64,000 bases of DNA from Nymphaea colorata (lineage: Eukaryota). Shown here piece by piece: positions 52,401 to 64,000 of the stretch (the stretch's first letter is position 1; each line of letters opens with the position of its first letter). The stretch is taken from assembly GCF_008831285.2 (NCBI RefSeq), contig NC_045138.2:9362001-9426000 (forward strand), in the 5' to 3' direction. The notes under the pieces are model-generated. The model did not search any database. It was given only the letters and a program-made list of their open reading frames with translations, and was not told where the DNA came from. The position numbers and the translations under genes were made by a program.

Positions 52401-54854
52401 CATACAAATGTTTCATTCCAATACTTTTAACCGTTCAATATAAATTTAACAACAACTTAAAGTCATTGGATTAACGATAAGTAAGCAAATGAATGGCATA
52501 ACCCCCATTCATTTATATGAACTTGTGATTTCAATTCCTTAAATCGTTCTATGTAGACATAACAACAAGTTAAACGCATTTGATTACCTACGAGTGATGA
52601 AACGAATGTCTCAAATCACGCTCATTAAACTGGAATGTAGTAATAAGTTGAACACATTGGATTTACTATTGGGGATCAAAAGAAATGCTAAAACCCCATT
52701 TGTCTTCACGCAGACCTGTGATTTCAGTCCCTTACATCAAACAGTAGAATTGTAAGAACACGTTGAACTCAATTGGCATTACTATAAGAGAGTAAATGGA
52801 TGGCTTAAATCTCATTTGTGCTCATGCAAACTTGTGATTTCAATCCATTAAATAATTCATATACATGTGACAACAAGTTCATCTCATTCGATCAACTGTA
52901 GGTGATTCAATGAATGACTTAAATCCCGATTGTTTTTAAAAAAACTTGTGATTTCAATCCCTTAAATCATTCAATGTAAAGGAAACAGCAAGCTCAACTC
53001 ATTGGATTAATTAAATAGAGCAAATGAATGACTTAAGTCTCATTCGTATTTACACTAACTTGTGATTTCAATTCCTTAAATCATTTGACATAGGAATAAC
53101 AAGTTAAACACATTCTTTTTTCCACATGGGACCAAACGAATGGCGTAAATTTTTTTCGTGTTCATACAAACTTGTAATTTCAATTCATAAATAACTGTAC
53201 ATTAACGTAACAACATGCTAAACTCACTATATTGATCACTGAGCAATTGAATCTCATTCGTACACACACAAGCTTATGGTTTCAGTTACTTAAATGATTA
53301 AATATTGATATTAAAAGAAGTTACACGCATTGGATTTACAATAATGGATCAATTGAGTGGCTTGATCTCATTTGTATTCATAAAAACATGTAATTTTAGT
53401 CCGTTAAATTAATCAATGTAAGCGAAACAGGTAGTTAAACTCATTGGATACAGTAAAAAGCAAAGCAAATGAACAACTTAGATCTCACTCGCAGTCATAC
53501 GATTTTGTGTTTTCAATCCCTTCGATCATTCAAAATGAACGTAACAAGTTCAACTCATTGGATTAACTAGAAGTGATCATGGTTGACTTAAATCTAGTTC
53601 AAATTTTTAAACAAACTTGGGATTTGAAACCCTTAAATCATTCAATATAGATCTAACAACGAGTTAACTCATTCGCTGAGCTGTAGGTGATCAAATGAAT
53701 GGCTTAAATCTCATTCGTATTCATACAAACTTGTGATTTAAGTTCTTTTATAATCATTCAATATAAATGTATTCACAGGATAAACTCACTCAATTAACTG
53801 GAAGTGTTCAAATGAATGTCTTGCATCATATTTAGACAAACATGTAATTTCAATTCCTTGAATCATTAATTATCGATATAAAAGGATGTTAAGCACATCA
53901 GATTTACTATAACGGATCACGTGAATGTCCTAAATCTCAATCCTCCATTCAATCAAGACAAATATAACAAATTAAACTCATTGACATAACTATAATAGAT
54001 AAAATGAATGGCTTAATTTCCGTTCATATGCCTATGAACTTGTTATCTTAAGCCTTTAAATCTTTCAAGATATAGCAACATAGATTATAGAATATGTGCA
54101 CGTATACATAATGCCTGTGCGTGTGTGTGCATATGTACATGTACATATGTAATCTATATATCGTATACTTATCACTCGTATACATATATTACGTGTTTTA
54201 TACATATACATATTATGGTAGAATATATGTATACAATACACGTACATGCAGATAATACATATAACTAATTAAACGCGTTCAATTAACTTTACATGATCAA
54301 ATGAATAACATTTATTTCATGCATATTCATTTGAACTTGTGATTTTGAAACCCTTAAATCATCCAATATAAGCGTAACATGCTCAACACATTGGATTAAC
54401 TATAGTGAAGCAAATGAATTGATTAAAGTCTCATCTGTATTCATACAAACTTGTGATTTCGGTACATTAAATCAATCATTATAAATTAACAACAAGTTGA
54501 ACACATTGGATTAACTATAGGTGATCGAATGAAAGGCTTAAATCCTATTCGTATTGATACGAACTTGTGATTTCAATCCCTTAAATCAATCAATATAAAT
54601 AAAACAAGTTCAACTCATGTTATTAACAATAAAGGAGCAAATCAATTGCTTAAATTTCATTCATATTCATACAAACATTTCGTTTCAATACTTTTAACCG
54701 TTCAATATAAATGTAACAACAACTTAAAGTTATTGGATTAACGATAAGTAAGCAAATGAATGGCATAACCCCCGTTCATTTATATGAACTTGTGATTTCA
54801 ATTCCTTAAATCGTTCTATGTAGACATAACAACAAGTTAAACACATTCGATTAC
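37481..54854. repeat. AT-rich satellite: ~114-bp monomer organised as a ~2.36-kb higher-order repeat (HOR1), 6 complete copies plus 1 truncated
   Basis: Monomer anchor ACTCATT(G/C)G at 37561, 37675 and 37789 (114-bp spacing). HOR anchor GGCTTGATCTCATTTG at 37481, 39841, 42583, 45321, 47681, 50543 and 53359 (units of 2360, 2742, 2738, 2360, 2862 and 2816 bp). Each unit has about 20 diverged or truncated monomers plus a ~250-bp TA/CA-rich insert. Confidence 0.97.
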
Positions 54855-57800
54855 CTACAATAATATGTATATGTATAAAACACGTAATATATGTATACGA
54901 GTGATAAGAATACGATAATACATATAACTAATTAAACGCGTTCAATTAACTTTACATGATCAAATGAATAACATTTATTTCATGCATATTCATTTGAACT
55001 TGTGATTTTGAAACCCTTAAATGATCCAATATAAGCGTAACATGTTCAACACATTGGATTAACTATAGTGAAGCAAATGAATTGATTAAAGTCTCATCTG
55101 TATTCATACAAACTTGTGATTTCAGTACATTAAATCAATGATTATAAATTAACAACATGTTGAACACATTGGATTAACTATAGGGATCGAATGAAAGGCT
55201 TAAATCCTATTCGGATTGATACGAACTTGTGATTTCAATCCCGTAAATCAATCAATATAAATAAAACAAGTTCAACTCATGTTATTAACAATAAAGGAGC
55301 GAATCAATTGCTTAAATTTCATTCATATTTATACAAACGTTTCATTTCAGTACTTTTAACCGTTCAATATAAATGTAACAACAACTTAAAGTTATTGGAT
55401 TAACGATAAGTAAGCAAATGAATGGCATAACCCCCATTCATTTATATGAACTTGTGATTTCAATTCCTTAAATCGTTCTATGTAGACATAACAAGAAGTT
55501 AAACGCATTCGATTACCTACAATAATATGTATATGTATAAAACTCGTAATATATGTATACGAGTGATAAGTATACGATAATACATATAACTAATTAAACG
55601 CGTTCAATTAACTTTACATGATCAAATGAATAACATTTATTTCATGCATATTCATTTGAACTTGTGATTTTGAAACCCTTAAATCATCCAATATAAGCGT
55701 AACATGTTCAACACATTGGATTAACTATAGTGAAGCAAATGAATTGATTAAAGTCTCATCTGTATTCATACAAACTTGTGATTTCAGTACATTAAATCAA
55801 TCATTATAAATTAACAACATGTTGAACACATTGGATAACTATAGGGGATCGAATGAAAGGCTTAAATCCTATTCGTATTGATACGAACTTATGATTTCAA
55901 TCCCATAAATCAATCAATATAAATAAAACAAGTCCAACTCATGTTATTAACAATAAAGGAGCGAATCAATTGCTTAAATTTCATTCATATTCATACAAAC
56001 GTTTCGTTTCAATACTTTTAACAGTTCAATATAAATGTAACAACAACTTAAAGTCATTGGATGAACGATAAGTAAGCAAATGAATGGCTAACCCCCATTC
56101 ATTTATATGAACTTGTGATTTCAATTCCTTAAATCGTTATATGTAGACATAACAACAAGTTAAACGCATTCGATTACCTACAATAATATGTATATGTATA
56201 AAACACGTATTATATGTATACGAGTGATAAGTATACGATAATACATATAACTAATTAAACGCGTTCAATTAACTTTACATGATCAAATGAATAAATTTAT
56301 TTCATGCATATTCATTTGAACTTGTGATTTTAAAACCCTTAAATCATCCAATATAAGCGTAACATGTTCAACACATTGGATTAACTATAGTGAAGAAATG
56401 AATTGATTAAAGTCTCATTTGTATTCATACAAACTTGTGATTTCAGTACATTAAATCAATCATTATAAATTAACAACATGTTGAACACATTGGATTAACT
56501 ATAGGGGATCGAATGAAAGGCTTAAATCCTATTCGCATTGATACGAACTTGTGATTTCAATCCCATAAATCAATCAATATAAATAAAACAAGTCCAACTC
56601 ATGTTATTAACAATAAAGGAGCGAATCAATTGCTTAAATTTCATTCATATTCATACAAACGTTTCGTTTCAATACTTTTAACCGTTCAATATAAATGTAA
56701 CAACAACTTAAAGTCATTGGATTAACGATAAGTAAGCAAATGAATGGCTAACCCCCATTCATTTATATGAACTTGTGATTTCAATTCCTTAAATCGTTCT
56801 ATGTAGACATAACAACAAGTTAAACGCATTCGATTACCTACAATAATATGTATATGTATAAAACATAATATATGTATACGAGTGATAAGTATACGATAAT
56901 ACATATAACTAATTAAACGCGTTCAATTAACTTTACATGATCAAATGAATAACATTTATTTCATGCATATTCATTTGAACTTGTGATTTTGAAACCCTTA
57001 AATCATCCAATATAAGCGTAACATGTTCAACACATTGGATTAACTATAGTGAAGCAAATGAATTGATTAAAGTCTCATCTGTATTCATACAAACTTGTGA
57101 TTTCAGTACATTAAATCAATCATTATAAATTAACAACATGTTGAACACATTGGATTAACTATAGGGGATCGAATGAAAGGCTTAAATCCTATTCGTTTGA
57201 TACGAACTTGTGATTTCAATCCCTTAAATCAATCAATATAAATAAAACAAGTTCAACTATGTTATTAACAATAAAGGAGCGAATCAATTGCTTAAATTTC
57301 ATTCATATTCATACAAACGTTTCATTTCAATACTTTTAACAGTTCAATATAAATGTAACAACAACTTAAAGTCATTGGATTAACGATAAGTAAGCAAATA
57401 ATGGCATAACCCCCATTCATTTATATGAACTTGTGATTTCAATTCCTTAAATCGTTCTATTGACATAAAACAAGTTAAACGCATTCGATTACCTACGATA
57501 ATATGTATATGTATAAAACACGTAATATATGTATACGGGTGATAAGTATACGATAATACATATAACTAATTAAACACGTTCAATTAACTTTACATGATCA
57601 AATGAATAACATTTATATCTGCATATTCATTTGAACTTGTGATTTTGAAACCCTTAAATCATCCAATATAAGCGTAACATGTTCAACACATTGGATTAAC
57701 TATAGTGAAGCAAATGAATTGATTAAAGTCTCATCTGTATCATACAAACTTGTATTTAGTACATTAAATCAATCATTATAAATTAACAACATGTTGAACA

Positions 57801-60800
57801 CATTGGATTAACTATAGGGGATCGAATGAAAGGTTAAATCATATTCGTATTGATACGAACTTGTGATTCCAATCCCTTAAATCAATCAATATAAATAAAA
57901 CAAGTCCAACTCATGTTATTAACAATAAAGGAGTGAATCAATTATTAAATTTCATTCATATTCATACAAACGTTTCGTTTCAATACTTTTAACCGTTCAA
58001 TATAAATGTACAACAACTTAAAGTCATTGGATTAACGATAAGTAAGCAAATGAATGGCATAACCCCCATTCATTTATATGAACTTGTGATTTCAATTCCT
58101 TAAATCGTTCTATGTAGACATAACAACAAGTTAAACGCATTCGATTACCTACAATAATATGTATATGTATAAAACACGTAATATATGTATACGAGTGATA
58201 AGTATACGATAATACATATAACTAATTAAACGCGTTCAATTAACTTTACATGATCAAATGAATAACATTTATTTCATGCATATTCATTTGAACTTGTGAT
58301 TTTGAAACCCTTAAATCATCCAATATAAGCGTAACATGTTCAACACATTGGATTAACTATAGTGAAGCAAATGAATTGATTAAAGTTCATTGTATTCATA
58401 CAAACTTGTGATTTCAGTACATTAAATCAATCATTATAAATTAACAACATGTTGAACACATTGGATTAACTATAGGGGATCGAATGAAAGGCTTAAATCC
58501 TATTCGTATTGATACGAACTTGTGATTTCAATCCCTTAAATCAATCAATATAAATAAAACAAGTCAACTCATGTTATTAACAATAAAGGAGCGAATCAAT
58601 TGCTTAAATTTCATTCATATTCATACAAACGTTTGTTTCAATACTTTTAACCGTTCAATATAAATGTAACAACAACTTAAAGTCATTGGATTAACGATAA
58701 GTAAGCAAATGAATGCATAACCCCATTCATTTATATGAACTTGTGATTTCAATTCCTTAAATCGTTCTATGTAGACATAACAACAAGTTAAACGCATTCG
58801 ATTACCTACAATAATATGTATATGTATAAAACCGTAATATATGTATACGAGTGATAAGTATACGATAATACATATAACTAATTAAACGCGTTCAATTAAC
58901 TTTACATGATCAAATGAATAACATTTATTTCATGCATATTCATTTGAACTTGTGATTTTGAAACCCTTAAATCATCCAATATAAGCGTAACATGTTCAAC
59001 ACATTGGATTAACTATAGTGAAGCAAATGAATTGATTAAAGTCTCATCTGTATTCATACAAACTTGTGATTTCAGTACATTAAATCAATCATTATAAATT
59101 AACAACATGTTGAACACATTGGATTAACTATAGGGGATCGAATGAAAGGCTTAAATCCTATTCGTATTGATACGAAATTGTGATTTCAATCCCTTAAATC
59201 AATCAATATAAATAAAACAAGTCCAACTATGTTATTAAATAAAGGAGCGAATCAATTGCTTAAATTTCATTCATATTCATACAAACGTTTCGTTTCAATA
59301 CTTTTAACCGTTCAATATAAATGTAACAACAACTTAAAGTCATTGGATTAACGATAAGTAAGCAAATGAATGGCATAACCCCATTCATTTATATGAACTT
59401 GTGATTTCAATTCCTTAAATCTTCTATGTAGACATAACAACAAGTTAAACGCATTCGATTACCTACAATAATATGTATATGTATAAAACAGTAATATATG
59501 TATACGAGTGATAAGTATACGATAATACATATAACTAATTAAACGCGTTCAATTAACTTTACATGATCAAATGAATAACATTTATTTCATGCATATTCAT
59601 TTAACTTGTGATTTTGAAACCCTTAATCATCCAATATAAGCGTAACATGTTCAACACATTGGATTAACTATAGTGAAGCAAATGAATTGATTAAAGTCTC
59701 ATCTGTATTCATACAAACTTGTGATTTCAGTACATTAAATCAATCATTATAAATTAACAACATGTTGAACACATTGGATTAACTATAGGGGATCGAATGA
59801 AAGGCTTAAATCCTTTCGTATTGATACGAACTTGTGATTTCAATCCCTTAAATCAATCAATATAAATAAAACAAGTTCAACTCATGTTATTAACAATAAA
59901 GGAGCGAATCAATTGCTTAAATTTCATTCATATTCATACAAACGTTTCATTTCAATACTTTTAACCGTTCAATATAAAGTAAAACAACTTAAAGTCATTG
60001 GATTAACGATAAGTAAGCAAATGAATGGCATAACCCCCATTCATTTATATGAACTTGTGATTTCAATTCCTTAAATCGTTCTATGTAACATAACAACAAG
60101 TTAAACGCATTCGATTGCCTACAATAATATGTAATGTATAAAACACGTAATATATGTATACGAGTGATAAGTATATGATAATACATATAACTAATTAACG
60201 CGTTCAATTAACTTTACATGATCAAATGAATAACATTTATTTCTGCATATTCATTTGAACTTGTGATTTTGAAACCCTTAAATCATCCAATATAGCGTAA
60301 CATGTTCAACACATGGATTAACTATAGTGAAGCAAATGAATTGATTAAAGTCTCATCTTTATTCATACAAACTTGTGATTTCAGTACATTAAATCAATCA
60401 TTATAAATTAACAACATGTTGAACACATTGGATTAACTATAGGGGATCAATGAAAGCTTAAATCCTATTCGTATTGATACGAACTTGTGATTTCAATCCC
60501 TTAAATCAATCAATATAAATAAAACAAGTCCAACTCATGTTATTAACATAAAGGAGCGAATCAATTGCTTAAATTTCATTCATATTCATACAAACGTTTC
60601 GTTTCAATACTTTTAACCGTTCAATATAAATGTAACAACAACTTAAAGTCTTGGATTAACGATAAGTAAGCAAATGAATGGCATAACCCCCATTCATTTA
60701 TATGAACTTGTGATTTCAATTCCTTAAATCATTCTATGTAGACATAACAACAAGTTAAACGCATTCGATTACCTACAATAATATGTATATGTATAAAACG

Positions 60801-63800
60801 TAATATATGTATACGAGTGATAAGTATACGATAATACATATAACTAATTAAACGCGTTCAATTAACTTTACATGATCAAATGGATAACATTTATTTCATG
60901 CATATTCATTTGAACTTGTGATTTTGAAACCCTTAAATCATCCAATATAAGCGTAACATGTTCAACACATTGGATTAACTATAGTGAAGCAAATGAATTG
61001 ATTAAAGTCTCATCTGTATTCATACAAACTTGTGATTTCAGTACATTAAATCAATCATTATAAATAACAACATGTTGAACACATTGGATTAACTATAGGG
61101 GATCGAATGAAAGCTTAAATCCTATTCGTATTGATACGAACTTGTGATTTCAATCCCTTAAATCAATCAATATAAATAAAACAAGTTCAACTCATGTTAT
61201 TAACAATAAAGGAGCGAATCAATTGCTTAAATTTCATTCATATTCATACAAACGTTTCATTTCAATACTTTTAACCGTTCAATATAAAAGTAACAACAAA
61301 TTAAAGTCACTGGATTAACGATAAGTAAGCAAATGAATGACATAACCCCCATTCATTTAGATTAACTTGTGATTTCAATTCCTTAAATCGTTCTATGTAG
61401 ACATAACAACTAGTTAAACGCATTCGATTGCCTACAATAATTTGTAAATGTATAAAACACGTAATATATGTATACGAGTGATAAGTATATGATAATACAT
61501 ATAACTAATTAAACGCGTTCAATTAACTTTACATGATCAAATGAATAACATTATTTCTTGCATATTCATTTGAACTTGTGATTTGAAACCCTTAAATCAT
61601 CCAATAAAAGCGTAACATGTTCAACACAATGGATTAACTATAGTGAAGCAAATGAATTGATTAAAGTCTCATCTGTATTCATACAAACTTGTGATTTCAG
61701 TACATTAAATCAATCATTATAAATTAACAACATGTTGAACACATTGGATTAACTATAGGGATCAAATGAAAGGCTTAAATCATATTCGTATTGATACAAA
61801 CTTGTGATTTCAATCCCTTAAATCAATCAATATAAATAAAACATGTGCAACTCATGTTAATAACAATAAAGAAGCGAATCAATTGCTTGAATTTATTCAT
61901 ATCATACAAACGTTCGTTTCAATACTTTTAACCGTTCAATATAAATGTAACAACAACTTAAAGCATTGGANNNNNNNNNNNNNNNNNNNNNNNNNNNNNN
62001 NNNNNNNNNNNNNNNNNNNNNNNNNNNNNNNNNNNNNNNNNNNNNNNNNNNNNNNNNNNNNNNNNNNNNNAATGAACTTGTGATTTCAATTCCTTAAATC
62101 ATTCTATTTAGACATAACAACAAGTTAAACGCATTCGATTGCCTACAATAATATGTATATGTATAAAACACGTAATATATGTATACGAGTGATAAGTATA
62201 CATAATACATATAACTAATTAAACGCGATCAATTAACTTTACATGATCAAATGAATAACATTTATTTCATGCATATTCATTTGAACTTGTGATTTGAAAC
62301 CCTTAAATCATCCAATATAAGTGTAACATATTCAACACATTGGATTAACTATAGTGAAGCAAATGAACTGATTAAAGTCTCATCTGTATTCATACAAACT
62401 TCTGATTTAAGTACATTAAATCAATCATTATAAATTAACAACATGTTCAACACATTGATTAACTATAGGGATCGAATGAAAGACTTAAATCCTATTCGTA
62501 TTGATACGAACTTGTGATTTCAATCCCTTAAATCAATCAATATAAATAAAACAAGTTCAACTCATGTTATTAACAATAAAGGAGCGAATCAATTGCTTAA
62601 ATTTCATTCATATTCATACAAACGTTTCGTTTCAATACTTTTAACCGTTCAATATAAATGTAACAACAACTTAAAGTCATTGGATTAACGATAAGTAAGC
62701 AAATGAATGCATAACCCCCATTCATTTATATGAACTTGTGATTTCAATTCCTTAAATCGTTCTATGTAGACATAACAACAAGTTAAACGCATTCGATTAC
62801 CTACAATAATACGTATATGTATAAAACACGTAATCTATGTATACGAGTGAAAGTATAGGATAATACTATAACTAATTAAACGCATTCAATTAACTTTACA
62901 TGATCAAATGAATGACATTTATTTCATGCATATTCATTTGAACTTGTGATTTTGAAACCCTTAAATCATCAAATATAAGCGTAACATGTTCAACACATTG
63001 GATTAACTATAGTGAAGCAAATGTATTGATTAAAGTCTCATCTGTATTCATATAAACTTCTGATTTCAGTACATTAAATCAATCATTATAAATTAACAAC
63101 ATGTTCAACAATTGGATTAACTATAGGGGATCGAATGAAAGGCTTAAATAAATTCGTATTGATACGAACTTGTGATTTCAATCTCTTAAATCAATCAATA
63201 TAAATAAAACAAGTTCAACTCATGTTATTAACAATAAAGGAGCGAATCAATTGCTTAAATTTCATTCATATTCATACAAACGTTTCGTTTCAATACTTTT
63301 AACCGTTCAATATAAATGTAACAACAACTTAAAGTCATTGGATTAAGGATAAGTAAGCAAATGAATGGCATAACCCCCATTCAATTATATGAACTTGTGA
63401 TTTCAATTCTTTAAATCGTTCTATGTAGACATAACAACAAATTAAACGCATTCGATTGCCTACAATAATATGTATATGTATAAAACAAGTAATATATGTA
63501 TACGATAATACATATAACTAATTAAACGCATTCAATTAACTTTACATGATCAAATGAATAACATTTATTTCAAGCATATTCATTTGAACTTGTGATTTTG
63601 AAACCCATAAATCTTCCAATATAAGCGTAACATGTTCAACACATTGGATTAACTATAGTTAAGCAAATGAACTGATTAAGGTCTCATCTGTATTCATACA
63701 AACTTGTGATTTCAGTACATTAAATCAATCGTTATAAATTAACAACATGTTGAACACATTGGATTAACTATAGGGGATCGAATGAAAGGCTTAAATCCTA

Positions 63801-64000
63801 TTCGTATTGATACGAACTTGTGATTTCAATCCCTTATATCTATCAATATAAATAAAACAAGTTCAACTCATGTTATTAACAATAAAGGAGCGAATCAATT
63901 GCTTAAATTTCATTTATATTCATACAAACGTTTATTTGCATACTTTTAACCATTCAATGTAAATGTAACAACAACTTAAATCATTGATTAACGATAAGTA
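54855..64000. repeat. Satellite higher-order repeat HOR2, ~654-662-bp unit (5 monomers plus an inverted junction), running off the window
   Basis: Junction CTACAATAAT... at 54855, 55517, 56178, 56838, 57493, 58149, 58806, 59463, 60119, 60773, 61432, 62143, 62801 and 63460. Confidence 0.97.
61971..62070. other. Assembly gap (100 N) inside the satellite array
   Basis: Exactly 100 Ns, the usual placeholder for a gap of unknown size. The same HOR2 sequence lies on both sides. Confidence 0.99.

Noticed and set aside
40623..62083. Short ORFs within the satellite (40623, 41128, 44072, 54065, 56722, 59995, 61883)
   Set aside because: These are chance frames in repeat DNA that are not maintained between copies. 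One runs through the N gap.
37481..64000. CRISPR-like array (recurring AACTTGTGATTTCAAT motif with variable sequence between)
   Set aside because: The intervening sequences are homologous to each other and recur in higher-order register. The context is eukaryotic and there are no cas genes.
37481..64000. 5S rRNA, tRNA or snRNA gene cluster as the source of the ~114-bp period
   Set aside because: The monomer is very AT-rich, and I see no 5S, tRNA A/B-box or snRNA motifs. A covariance-model search would settle it.

Overview
Plant (angiosperm) nuclear DNA, rich in repeats. One intact 8-exon gene on the + strand (8366-13395) encodes a 411-aa PAP2-family lipid phosphate phosphatase delta / sphingoid-phosphate phosphatase, and its first intron appears to use a GC donor. 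On the - strand is an RRP5 (S1-repeat rRNA biogenesis protein) copy with 11 recognisable exons (24284-37163). It shows two apparent frameshifts, a mutated splice acceptor, a missing block of internal exons and a truncated 3' end, so it is probably a pseudogene. The rest of the left 37 kb holds three degenerate Ty1/Copia elements, a solo LTR with a clean 5-bp TSD, a 5'-truncated LINE, hAT/MITE ends and many small tandem duplications. From 37481 to the window end lies an AT-rich satellite array of more than 26 kb, the most striking structure here. It has a ~114-bp monomer organised into a ~2.36-kb higher-order repeat (7 copies, with paired structural variants). At ~54855 it switches abruptly to a ~660-bp, 5-monomer higher-order repeat (14 junctions seen), whose junction is a 63-bp inverted copy of nearby sequence flanked by microhomologies. 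A 100-N assembly gap (61971-62070) lies in the array. Family assignments rest on my recall of motifs; no database search was run, so novelty is unverified.
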